64,000 nt of DNA from assembly GCF_009914755.1 (NCBI RefSeq), contig NC_060925.1; one strand, 5' to 3'. Shown here piece after piece: positions 1 to 21,028 of this stretch (positions are counted from its first letter, which is position 1; every line of letters begins with the position of its first letter). Origin of the DNA: the human T2T-CHM13v2.0 reference genome, Homo sapiens. Under the pieces are notes generated by a model. It ran no database searches and was not told the DNA's origin. It saw nothing but the letters and a program-made list of their open reading frames with translations. The translations under genes were made by a program, and so were the position numbers.

Positions 1-344
1 AAAAGTCCTTCCCCCTACCTTCTGTTGAACTTCTGTTTTGATGTTATATAACTTATTAGTAAGGAAAGCATGGTCATAACATGAATTTTTAGGAGTCTAA
101 AGATCACTTTTTAGTTTTAACTATGTCCTCCTGTGAAACTTAAACTGAAAAACCTGTTGGTGATTCTGTTTCCACATCTAAATATAAGGAAGGTATTTCT
201 TTTATCTGGAGATTTTGAAATTTTACCAGATAACTATGTTTAAATACTTTTGAAATGGAAACCATCCGGGAAGTAAAATTATAATTATTAATGAGAATAT
301 GGTTTCTTTTTTCAGCAGGGTTGAATGCACCCTCAGGCACGACC

Positions 345-1267
345 ATGGAGAAAGGTGGGAACATACAATTGGAGATTCCTGACTTCAGCAACTCTGTCCT
401 GAGCCATCTAAACCAGTTGCGCATGCAGGGCCGTCTCTGTGATATTGTGGTCAATGTGCAAGGACAAGCTTTTCGGGCTCACAAAGTGGTGCTGGCTGCC
501 AGCTCCCCCTATTTCCGGGATCACATGTCCTTGAATGAGATGAGTACAGTCTCCATTTCAGTCATCAAGAACCCTACTGTTTTTGAACAGCTCCTTTCTT
601 TCTGTTACACAGGGCGGATATGCCTGCAACTGGCAGATATCATCAGCTACCTAACAGCTGCCAGTTTTCTGCAAATGCAGCATATTATAGACAAATGTAC
701 ACAGATCCTGGAGGGCATTCATTTCAAAATTAATGTGGCTGAGGTTGAAGCAGAATTAAGTCAAACAAGGACAAAGCATCAAGAGAGACCTCCAGAGTCT
801 CACAGGGTTACACCAAATCTCAACCGCTCCCTTAGCCCACGACATAATACCCCAAAGGGAAACCGGCGAGGTCAGGTTAGTGCTGTGCTGGATATCAGAG
901 AGCTAAGTCCTCCTGAGGAGTCCACCAGCCCTCAGATCATTGAACCAAGTTCTGATGTAGAGAGCCGGGAGCCCATTCTTCGGATCAACCGAGCAGGACA
1001 GTGGTATGTGGAGACAGGAGTGGCGGACCGTGGGGGTCGGAGTGATGATGAAGTTAGAGTTCTTGGAGCAGTACACATCAAAACTGAAAATCTGGAGGAG
1101 TGGCTTGGGCCTGAGAATCAGCCTTCTGGAGAAGATGGGAGTAGTGCAGAGGAAGTAACAGCCATGGTGATTGATACCACAGGCCATGGTTCTGTAGGAC
1201 AGGAAAATTATACTTTAGGGTCTTCAGGAGCCAAGGTGGCTCGGCCAACAAGCAGTGAAGTTGACAG
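345..1267 (+). CDS. ZBTB37: ZBTB37 first coding exon (BTB/POZ domain plus linker), 923 coding nt
   Basis: Strong Kozak accATGg at 345. MEKGGNIQLEIPDFSNSVLSHLNQLRMQGRLCDIVVNVQGQAFRAHKVVLAASSPYF is a classic ZBTB-type BTB domain. Tandem acceptor tttttcag/cag at 311-318; donor AG|gtaggt at 1268. Confidence 0.96.
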
Positions 1268-2076
1268 GTAGGTTTGGTTTGGTTTGGTTTTCCCATGTAA
1301 TGGCTATTGTGTAGACATCACTAAAGTGTCCTCTGTAGTACAGAGAGCATTTTCCTTACCTGATTTTCTTGGTCAAAATAAGTTGATGATGGGGAAACTG
1401 GAGGTGTGCCAAAAGACTTGCATTCTTATTTTTTTAAACCAGGAAGCTCCATTCCTGAAGTATTCACAATGTTGTGAGAACTGTGGTAAAGTTAGACACT
1501 TCCGTGAATCAGAATAGCATCTGCAGCCACACTAGGATAGGATCAGTAATTGCCAGGGCTTCCTCGGGATTCGAGGCAGGGAGCCGATCATCAGCTGGGA
1601 ACCTAGCAGCATTGCCCTTCCTTGGTGTGTTATCACACAGGTAGGTGGCCTCCAGGAGTCTCACTTTCCTTTGTAGCACTGCTTGCTTTTCTTTGCCCCC
1701 AACTACCAAATTAGAGGAAGTATGGTACCAGCAGTAATTGTTCTTTTCAAATTAGTAAAATAGTAATTCTGAAGAAAAGCGTTATGGATATTTTTCATCT
1801 CTTTTTTCCCTTGTCACGTGATGGTATCTTCCCTGTTTTCTTTCATGGATGACTGCTGCTACCACAGGCCTGACAATCTCCCTTTTTTTCACCAGTGCTG
1901 CTATGCCCCATGCCTCACTTTTCTCTTTTAATACATTGTATTTATTAGACATTTCTTTTTGGTGGAAATACCATGGGTTTCAGTCAATTGAGAGAAAGTC
2001 TCAATTGAAAGAAATATTACTAATTTAGATTGGTAATATTTGTTCTTTTTCCCTCTTAAAAATAAATTTAAATTGA

Positions 2077-3170
<1,094 letters not shown>

Positions 3171-3587
3171 TTAATCTCCATGATCTATATCAATAGTCTA
3201 AAATACAGATTATTATGGGACCTTGGGGAAGAAACAGCCAAAAACCTGGTAATTACGTAGAAGAAACAAAATTATAGGCCCCGTTTTAATTTATTCTTTT
3301 ATGGTCTCCCAGTATTTATATAAGGAAGAAAGCTTATATTTAGCTTTAGCTTCACCAGCTCATATGTTCTATCTGTTATGTCATTTTGTGTTTATTAAAT
3401 TTACTAGGGCTAACCTATTATTTCAAATCAGATTATGTATTAACTCCACGAAACTATTCCTCAGTTATTTGTTGCTTGGTTTGTTCCCCCTTCCTCAGCC
3501 ATAGAATAAAGAGGGGCGACATCACCATTTTTCAGGTTCTTTGATGCTGCTTTTGTATTAGTCCCCTTTATGTTCCTCTTCCAACAG

Positions 3588-3687
3588 ATTTAGCCCCTCC
3601 GGCAGTGTTGTTCCCTTGACAGAGAGACACAGAGCCAGAAGTGAGTCTCCTGGGAGAATGGATGAGCCTAAGCAACCCAGCTCCCAG
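3588..3687 (+). CDS. ZBTB37: ZBTB37 second coding exon (100 nt)
   Basis: Pyrimidine tract plus ccaacag| acceptor and CAG|gtatgg donor. The phase fits the upstream exon (AG+A=Arg) and gives RFSPSGSVVPLTERHRARSESPGRMDEPKQPSSQ. Confidence 0.93.
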
Positions 3688-3750
3688 GTATGGAGTTGTG
3701 GATTTAGAACTGCTTTGGTGGTTGGAGGAATTGCTACTGTGTATGAATAG
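3688..3750 (+). CDS. ZBTB37: Read-through C-terminus of a short 361-aa ZBTB37 isoform lacking zinc fingers
   Basis: The frame stays open past the donor: VWSCGFRTALVVGGIATVYE then TAG at 3748-3750. 341+20=361 aa, matching the short isoform length I recall. Confidence 0.7.
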   Translation, partial: VWSCGFRTALVVGGIATVYE

Positions 3751-3859
3751 AAAATAATGAAAAAGAAAAGATGTAGGAGAGGTAACAATGGCCCTGTTAA
3801 AGAAATACTGTATTTTTTTTCCCTGAGGGTAGCAGAAGTTTAATATTAAAATTATACAG

Positions 3860-5005
<1,146 letters not shown>

Positions 5006-5235
5006 AAATACTGTATTTGATTACTTTTTTTTTTAAATTCTTGCTTGTGGGCGTGCAGGAAAATACACTTTCGATGTCAGCAGAGTTTGGGAAATATAAA
5101 AAAGTAAGATTGTGGAACTCTTTCCTGATTATAATAACCACACTGTAGACCTGATAGTAATAAAAAATAATCCCAGAAAACCACATACAGGTAATTTGCA
5201 GGTAATTTAGGACCTGGAATCGAAAGTCTGATTAT

Positions 5236-10070
<4,835 letters not shown>

Positions 10071-11061
10071 AACATGGAGAAACACCAGCACATTATATTT
10101 ACACAAACTAGGCCACCTAGCAATCACCAACTCTGAAGTCCTACAAAGCCCAGACAAATACAATAACTAATGGGGTGTGGGGGAAAGCATTTAGGGGAAA
10201 CAGGAACACAGGATCAGGCACACACTACCCAAGTGCATTTTATTGCATTTGAGAGACCACGTTTTCTTATCTTCTTTGTATCTCTGACATTATCTTCTTA
10301 GTGCCTGATTAATAGTTGTTGTTTTATCTCTAAGTAATTCTAAGTAACTAAGTTTACTTAGTAGTTGCCCAATAAATAGGCACCTACTAAATAGGGAGTT
10401 ATTTAGTTACTTGTAAAATCCTTAATTTTGGAGATCTTTCAAAAACATTAATACACCAAACCAGATGACTTTTTAAGGCCCTTCAGTTAACTTTGGGTCT
10501 GCGGTTAGTAACTGAAAATTAGAATGGTAGAAGGCTTTGAAGTCCATGTCAAGAATCTAGACTGATGTTTGTTTTAGAAAATATGGAAACCTTTCATTTA
10601 TATGGAGTTTTCATATAAATTATATGGAGTAATTCATTAAGAAATAGCTATTGAACCAAGCACTGATCAAATTCCTAGATATTTGGCAGTGCAGAATGTC
10701 CCTGTGCTTACAACAGAGTTTACAGTCTAATAGGTAATTGTCAAGTGAGAGGAATGAAATAATCCACCTCTTGACAACAGAGAGAACCATGAGGCTAGCC
10801 GTTTTTGCCTTTGCTTCTTTTTAAGTTTAAAACAATAAAACTACAAAAAGTATATTGCTGCCATTGACAAGGACCCAATCTGCATTTTGTGGTGTTTGTT
10901 CTTCTATTGCAACTTCACTGCAGTAATTTTTTGGATGAGACTGATCATAATGTGTGATGTTTGTGCTCACAGCTTATCACTGATTACTAAAATGCATTTA
11001 CTTTCTGCATGTGGATAATACTGGTATGATATTACCTTCCTTAGAGTTGGGGAGATTTCTT

Positions 11062-12957
<1,896 letters not shown>

Positions 12958-13024
12958 AGAGTTAGGGAGATTTCTTAGGGTATTGTTACCCTCAAGATTA
13001 TAAATAATATGAATTTGTAATGTT

Positions 13025-15385
13025 TAATAATAGCTAACATTTATTCAGTACTTTAGTGTATTAACTCATTCAATGCTCAAAGCAACTAGTGAGGCAAATG
13101 CTATTACTATATTCACTTTACAGGTGAGGAAACTGAGGAATAGAAGTGTTAACTAACCTGCTCCAAGTCACACAATAAATAGAACTCAGATTTGAACACA
13201 GGTTCCAGCATCTTTAATTGCTATGTAATATTATGCATTCATCGCATAATATTTTGGGACCATTGAAGGTCCTAAAAGTTACCATTGTATTTAGAAAAAA
13301 GAGTACTGTTGGCTGGGCCTGGTGGCTCAAGCCTGTAATCCCAGCACTTTGGGAGGCCAAGGCGGGCAGATCACCTGAGGTCGGGAGTTCGAGATCAGCC
13401 TGACCAACACAGAGAAACGCCATCTCTACTGAAAATACAAAAAATTAGCCAGGCATGGTGGTGCGTTCTGTAATTCCGGCTACTCAGGAGGCTGAGGCAG
13501 GAGAATTGCTTGAACCCGGGAGGCGGAGGTTGTGATGAGCCGAGATTGCACTCCAGCCTGGGCAAAAAGAGCGAAACTCCGTCTCAAAAAAAAGAAAAGT
13601 GTACTGTTATCATGTTCAATTCTCGTGAGAATCCTCTAAAGCTGGCAAATCATGTGATAACCTTTGTACCTTATGGATGAGAAGACAGCCTTAGAGAAGT
13701 TATTCTGTTTTGTCCCTGGTCACCCAAGACCTTTAGTGGGATGATTCCTCATTCTTTATGTGAACTCAGTTTTTTTTATCCAGGGAAATGAAGCAGAAAG
13801 AAATATTAATATGAAACAAATAAAATAATCTTAAAACCTCAGTCTTAGTATTCAACCCTTGACTTTACATACTGCTTCCCAAACCTGTTGAGAACTGCCT
13901 CTATTGGAAAGGCTGAATAGCACCATCAGCATAGGAAGGGACAAAACACATTTTTAGAAATTAAAAGGGCACAAGATCTTCTAGTGTCTATCTTAGGGGA
14001 AAAAGTACCGGCACAATATTAATTGCTAACTAGATGAATCTTGCTCCAGTTACTCCAGAGTCAACTTTGACATTTTCTTCTCTTTGCATTGGTACTTTAT
14101 CCTTTGTTAAACATATAATTCCCTCCTACATATTTAAAAAGGTTTTTATTCCTCTAATATAATGACTTCAGAAGTCAGTCATTATTAACTCAGGTTAAAA
14201 AAATAATTTCTGATTGATTTTTTTAATACAGAATTTTGAACAAAAAGTATTTCTAAATCCAAAGATTTTTTTTTTTTTTTTGAGGTGGGGTCTTGCTTTG
14301 TCACCCAGCCTGGAGTGCAGTGGCCTGATGACAGCTTATTGCAGCCTTGGCTTCCCAGGCTCAAATGATCCTCACACCTCAGCCTTCCCAAGGAGCTGGG
14401 ACTACATGTGCGCACCTCCACACCCAGCTAATTTTTTATTGTTATTTTTTGTACAGGTGGGGTCTTGCTATATTGCCCAGGCTGGTCTCAAACTCCTAGG
14501 CTCAAGTTATTCTCCCACCTCAGCCTCCCAAAGTGCTGGGATTATAGGCATAAGCCACCACATCTGGCCTTAAATCCAAGATTTTTAAGTAATTTATTGA
14601 AAGGAATATGTTCATACTGCCTCCCAGTTTTCGGATAAAAGAAACCCATGCCCTCAGACAATTTACTCTGAAGTCAGTTAAACTTTAGTAGTCTTTAGAG
14701 TGAAAATAATATGTTCATATGATACTGAAATATTTTACATAAAAAGGAATATTGTCACCTACAAATTGTATACATTTTTATAAAGCTAGCTACTGCTAGA
14801 TTAAAATGTGGTATTAATGATAATGTCACAATTTATAATATGTTGCCATTATATATTCTATACTATCTGATATAGTAAATGGTAGCCATTAGCCACTTGT
14901 CACATGTGGCTATTTAAATTTAAATTGTAATTAACTGAAAGCACTTAAAATTGTAAAAATTACTCAGTTGTATTAGCCATATTACAAATACTCAATAGCA
15001 ACAGGTGGCTAGTGGCTACTGTAATGAATGGGGTAGAGCATTTTCATCATCATTGATAGTTCTGGCTGGGCGTCGTGGCTTACACGTGTAATCCTGGCAC
15101 TTTGGGAGATCGAGGTGGGTAGATTGCCAAAGTCCAGGAATTCAGAACCAGCCTGGGCAACATGGCAAAGCCTCGTCTCTGCAAAAAGTACAAAAATTAT
15201 CTGGGAGTGGTGGTGCGTGCTGGTGGTCCCAGCTACTCAGGAGGCTGAGGTGGGAGGATCATCTGATCCTGAGGAGGTCTAGGCTGTAGTGAGCCGTGAT
15301 CACACCACTGCACTCCAGCCTGAGTGAGAGACCCTGTCTCAAAACAAAAACAAAAACAGATAGTTCTGTTAGACCAGCACTGCCT
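13025..15385. mobile_element. MIR (13025-13210), Alu + 13311-13597, Alu - 14266-14569, MER33/MER3-like hAT (14860-15385) split by Alu + 15064-15358
   Basis: MIR core acaggtgaggaaactgagg; tggtagccattagccac...gtggctagtggctac; gatagttctg repeated around the Alu. Confidence 0.75.
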
Positions 15386-15747
15386 AAGTATTTGATTGTC
15401 TAGAATATAATTGTAAGATTAGGATCCAGGGTATAGTATAAGTGGGCTCAGTTTCTCCTCACATTACTGTAAAATAGTACATTCAGCAGGGGTTTAATAA
15501 GCATCCAGTTTGTCAGCCAGAAAGTAACTTTACTGTGTTGTTCTTTTATAGTAATGGAATAGAGTAGTCTCAATTTTTTAAAAATTATTATGGTAATATC
15601 TTTACTTTTTGGTAATAATTTTCTGTTTGATCTGCCACTAAAAAGGTACATATATCTTAGTAACAAGTAAAAATAGATTTGATTGCTTTTAATATGTATG
15701 CTTAATAATATTTGTTCTTTCTTGGTTATTTTCCTTACCTGGTACAG

Positions 15748-16236
15748 GTAGAAGAGTCAGCAATGATGGGAGTAAGTGGCTATGTGGAGTATCTCCGAGA
15801 GCAGGAAGTATCTGAGCGGTGGTTCCGGTACAACCCTCGTCTCACCTGCATCTATTGCGCCAAATCTTTCAACCAGAAGGGAAGCCTGGACCGCCACATG
15901 CGCCTACACATGGGGATCACACCATTCGTCTGCCGCATGTGTGGCAAGAAGTATACCCGGAAAGATCAGCTGGAGTATCATATCCGCAAGCACACAGGCA
16001 ACAAGCCCTTTCACTGTCATGTCTGTGGCAAAAGTTTCCCCTTCCAGGCCATCTTGAATCAGCACTTTCGCAAAAACCACCCTGGCTGTATACCCCTGGA
16101 GGGGCCTCACAGCATCTCCCCTGAAACAACTGTCACATCTCGAGGACAAGCTGAGGAAGAGTCACCTTCACAGGAAGAGACAGTTGCTCCTGGGGAAGCT
16201 GTCCAGGGCTCTGTGTCCACCACTGGGCCAGACTGA
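15748..16236 (+). CDS. ZBTB37: ZBTB37 last coding exon, three C2H2 zinc fingers
   Basis: Acceptor ggtacag|GTAGAA. Fingers CIYC..HMRLH, CRMC..HIRKH (TGNKPF linker) and CHVC..HFRKNH; TGA at 16234-16236. Spliced CDS is 923+100+489=1512 nt = 503 aa. Confidence 0.96.
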   Translation, partial: VEESAMMGVSGYVEYLREQEVSERWFRYNPRLTCIYCAKSFNQKGSLDRHMRLHMGITPFVCRMCGKKYTRKDQLEYHIRKHTGNKPFHCHVCGKSFPFQAILNQHFRKNHPGCIPLEGPHSISPETTVTSRGQAEEESPSQEETVAPGEAVQGSVSTTGPD

Positions 16237-19200
16237 AACATCCAGGGGGAGGGGGCTGACCCTCTTCCCCTTTGAGCCATAAGCAGCCAGCATCAGAGCC
16301 ATGGGCTGATACTTAGATTCACAAAATGCCACATCACTAGGCCAGAAGATGCTCCCAAGATGTTGCCAAACTGGAGGATCAGCAACTTACACAAAAGCAC
16401 TAAAGGCTCCTCCCTTCTTATTGCCCGCCTCACACTTTGGAAAATAATCAAGCAAATCAACTTTCTAATTCAGGGATCAACAGCCTTGGTTTGTTAACTT
16501 TATAAGAAAAAAGGTTTTTTAACAAAACGATGATGATAAATGGTCATTTATCTATCAGTCATGTTTGAACACTGTACTTTGGTCCATATCATCTTGGTGG
16601 CTATAATTGCCCGGATCTAAAAAATGCAGCAGGAGCCTCAACCATCCGAAGCAGCCAACCGCAAGAGAGGAGGTAGTCATGATGGTGATGAGGAGGAGAA
16701 ATTTCTCCTCTTCCTTCCCTGGCATAACATGCATTTTTGTGTTTCAAGAAAAAAATGAATACTGGTGGTTCTTATTTTGAAAGGTTAGGCTTTATCTTTC
16801 CCCTGACTAGGCATCTAATACTTTGCCTGGTTATTTCATATAATCAGCCATCTTGAAGCAGTATTCTAGTGGACAACATCACCTGAAGCACTTGGCAACT
16901 GGGAGTGAAATGAGCAGCAAAGTGTATGCAATAGGTACTGCTACATTTGGGGGGCTTGAGTGTTGTGTTGAGGAAGAGGAGAGCAGGGAGGGAAGTGTTT
17001 TTATGTTTTGCAAATATCAAACAGCACAGAGCCGTTCTGCAACTTCCTGACTGGTATTTGTAAACCATAGTGCTACACATCCTTGGGTAATGGCTCTAGT
17101 TCAGGTGAATTAATGTGTTAGGCTGACTACCAAAGTTTCATCTAGTCTCTTTGGCTCCTATTTTCACGTTCAGCAATATTGTAATCAAAAATGTCACTTT
17201 CCAGTGAAATGAGCCTGGATTGTATTTTTAAATCCACAGGTCTCCATATTTGATAACTTTTATATGAAGTTTTAAACATGTTTTTTCTGCAGTATTGTGG
17301 TTGAAGAAATTCAACACTATGGTTCTTACTGCAACCACAATTTCATTTCCTTATACATATGTAATAGTTTATATTTTCAGGCATATAGAAGGACCTCACT
17401 TAAAACTATGTCTCGGGTCTGCAAACCTAGTAATTCATAAACCAACCATCAGCAAACCATAGCTGGTGACTCCAAGAGCTTTGCTTTTTAATAATATACT
17501 ACAGGGCACTTATCAGAAAACATCATGCAGAATCATGTTGCAATAAATGATCAAAGGATCAATTTTGGTCAGGTTTGGTTACTTAGTCATTCCTAAGATT
17601 TTTAAAACTTCAAGGGACCCTTTTAGTAATTCTGGGTATTTCTAAGATTCTTAATCCAGCACTGAGAGAAAGAACTTAGCAAACATGTAGAGCTTTGGAT
17701 ACCCCGTCTTTCATGAAGTGAGAGAAGGAGGAATATTAAGGGATGCCGGCAAATAGATGCTTATAACTTACAGTGCAAGTTGAAAAATCTCTAGCTTCTG
17801 TTGACGGAGCACTAGTTGTTGGGGTTCTTTTAAGTATGTAATGGTTTAAGAAATTGTTTCAGTGCAGAGGCATAGATGACTGTAAAAGAGATTTGGCAGA
17901 GGGACAGGTTGTACCTGCACTGGTGAACCATCTGTGAGAATGTTAGTCATGTGCTCCTTTCCTGAGATTGCTTTGTGGTATGTGAAAAGGTGGGTAGAAA
18001 AGAAAGAAATTTCTTTGAGATAAGAAATTAGAATGCAAAGGGTAGATCTTAAGCAATCTGAGAATTGTACATGTACATAAAGCTGCACCCTCTCACAAGA
18101 GAAAGGTTATTTTATCTTCTGAAAAAGCATAGAAATGCATCTTTTATGGGAAGATAATGATGCTACCATTTAATAAGAGCCTACCCTTAAAGGCAGCATT
18201 GAAACTGTATTTTGTCTTTAGAAGACATAGACTGGTGCATCCTCCGCTTTAGTTAGGCAACAGCATGATAAGGAAAAAACTGTCTTCTAAAGCCATCTTT
18301 AGGGACTGGCTGTGCTCTGTGGCATAGAAAAGGTAAAGTTGAATTAGCCAAAAATCCTTAGGGAAACAACTGGTAATAAGGTTTTCAGTGGACAGATTTT
18401 GTCATTACTAAATAGGCAGTGAGGTGAGAAGTACAGATTATGCTGCTTTGGATGGAGCCTTTAAGCCTACCAAAAAACTTTTAAGTCCATCCTACTTTTG
18501 AGAAATAGTATGCTAGAAAGTTCTGTTTTTCTTTTTCTTCTTTTTTATATTTTTTAGAGACTGTGTCTTCCTCTTGTCACCCAAACCAGAGTGCAGTGTG
18601 CAGTGGTGCAATCATAGCTCACTGTAATCTTGAACTCCTAGGCTCAAGTGATTGACCTGCCTCAGCCTCCAGGTAGCTAGGACTATAGGCATGCACCACC
18701 ATGTCTAGCTAATTTTTAAATTTTTTTGTAGAGACGGTGTCTCTACAAAATTTGCCTAGGTTGGTCTTGAACTCCTGGCCTCAAGTAATCCTACCACCTT
18801 GACCTCCCGAAGTGCTAGGATTACAGGCATGAGCCAGTGAACTTGGCCTGGAGAAAGAATTCTTTGTTGCTTTGTTAGTTTCTTAGATTATATGTGAGAA
18901 AATGGAGCTTTTTAAACTATTACCAAATTTTAAAGGTGAAGTGCAGTAATTTCTGTAAAGAGAAACTTTGCACCATTTGTCAATTCTCCTTCCAGGGTTA
19001 GCAACAAACAAATGAGGTAGGGACTATCTCATTCATGTGGAAATGCTATGAATGTTTGGTGGGTTTCCCCTCCCTTTTCTTTTCATTCACTTTAAATAGC
19101 CTTTTCCTATATTGATACTGTGAATAGGGTGCTTCCTGGTCATCTAGGACCACTTTAGCACAATCATGTTTGCTGGTTCTCTCAATTGGCCTAGCCAGAG

Positions 19201-20807
19201 CCACAAAATTCATGAAAATTTAAGGCAGGCTAGCTTTTAAACAAATTAAAACTTCTGAAAACAATTTCAGCTTTTTCGTTAAAAGAGATGTTGTTATTCT
19301 AAATAACTGTCCAAGACTCTTACCCACATACACTGTGACATTGTCCTAGTTCTTAGCTAACAACACATTGGTCATAGGAGTTACTGATGTTCTATCTACA
19401 TTAATGAACAGCTATTGGTGTATGCACAGAGGATACCTCTTAAGGATGTACTAAATGGACTTTGTTTGGTTGATGCTGAAAATTAATTACCAAATCTTAA
19501 CTTGTACGTGTTACCTTGTGAAGGGAACTGCATTAGCAATGAGAGCTACATCATCATGAAGTACTTTAATGCCATGAAATTGCAAACACTGGGACTGTTT
19601 TCATTTATTGAGTGGCACTTAGTAGCAAAGGAGCTATCCAGTATTCTCAGCAAAGAAGAGAGACGGAAGTATATTAATCTATTTTCATACTAAGATGTTC
19701 CTTTATTCTGTCTGAACTCTAATACCAGTATAAAATATAGCATTGGCATGAACAGTTAATGCTGTACTTAGGCAGAAAGGCTCCTTCTAATGACTTGTTC
19801 TCTCTTTACTCAGAACCGTATTTACCTCTGAACCAAGTTGAATTTTATTTTATCCAAGTTGCAAACTACCCCATGCCATTTTTATTATAATAGAGGGTTA
19901 AATCTAATCTCAAATACATAAAGGTAAATTAGTTCATAGAGGATAAAGTTTGGGAATGAAGAGAGCAGTTAAGGAAAATTTTATTTTTTGTCATTTTTTA
20001 AATGTTTCCAGTTCCCTCTACATCAGTGAAACAGGGTTTTCCAAAGATGGTTTGAAGACAGAAAAAACTTTTTCCCCCCGGCTTCATAGTTGACATCTGG
20101 TATTGGTTGGAATTGGTCTGGTGGCAGAGTGAAGTAGGGAACTTCATTTTTTTCTTTTTTTTCTTAAGGGCAGGGTCTCACTATGTTGCCCAGGCTGGTC
20201 TCAAACTCCTGGGCTCAAGTGGTCCTCCTTCCTCAGCCTCCTGAGGAGCTGGGACTACAGGCGTGTGACCACACCTGGCTGTAAATGTCATTCTTAATAG
20301 CTGAATAATCTTTGGTCAAGAAGTAACTTTTCCAGAGTTTTAGCTGTTACTTGACATTAATTGGGTTTCTTTTAACTGGTGAAAACTGTATTTATTTTGT
20401 TTGACCAGACTGTCTAACTTAAATGAAAGCAATGGATAATGGAAAGGAAACTGAACAAAGACAAAAGTCTTCTTCATCATAGTGAAAGGCATTTAATCAG
20501 GAAGAGTTGGAATCCTGGAAGTTTTTCTTTTTTTCAGGTACAAGAGGCATGATTTTTTTCTCTTCCTAAAATGTCCTTCCCCTTATCTGTGTACTTATTA
20601 GTTCAAGGAATAACAAATGAGTCTTAATTGAACTTAGTCTTTGGAAATTGAGCTCTTTATTTAGGTTATATGTGAAAGAGTTTAAAATATTGAAATACTT
20701 TGGTTGCTAAGCAGATTTAGAAAAGCAACAAGCAATTGTCGGGCAAATCCCTAGGTTTGAGAAGATGTCCTCAGCAAAATATACCCTTAGGACTTACGGA
20801 ATTAGAT

Positions 20808-21028
20808 CAGGGTTCAGCAAACAGTAGTTTCCAGGCCAAATGCTGAGGCTACTTGCTTGTGTAAAGAAAATTATAATGGAATAGGGCCACACTTACTTGT
20901 TTAGGTATTGTTTATGCCTTCTTTCTACTACAATGGCAAAGTTGAGTACTTGTGACAAAGATCACGTGGCTACAAAGCTTGAAAATATTTACTGTCTGGT
21001 ACTTGTTAGAAAAAATTTGCCAACTCCA
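20808..21028 (+). mobile_element. MER58A-like hAT-Charlie element
   Basis: cagggttcagcaaac ... aaaatatttactgtctgg ... aaaatttgccaactcc. Confidence 0.75.

Noticed and set aside
291-344. N-terminal extension MRIWFLFSAG... of the 326-aa ORF
   Set aside because: The ATG at 291 is upstream of the splice acceptor (311-318), so it is intronic. The real start is 345.
15712-15747. Start of the 174-aa ORF (MFFLGYFPYLVQ)
   Set aside because: This is the intronic pyrimidine tract before the acceptor at 15747.
15776-16149. Alternative-frame and antisense ORFs over the zinc-finger exon (also 39638-39993 over SERPINC1 exon 5)
   Set aside because: Shadow ORFs of real coding sequence, with no independent start or splice support.
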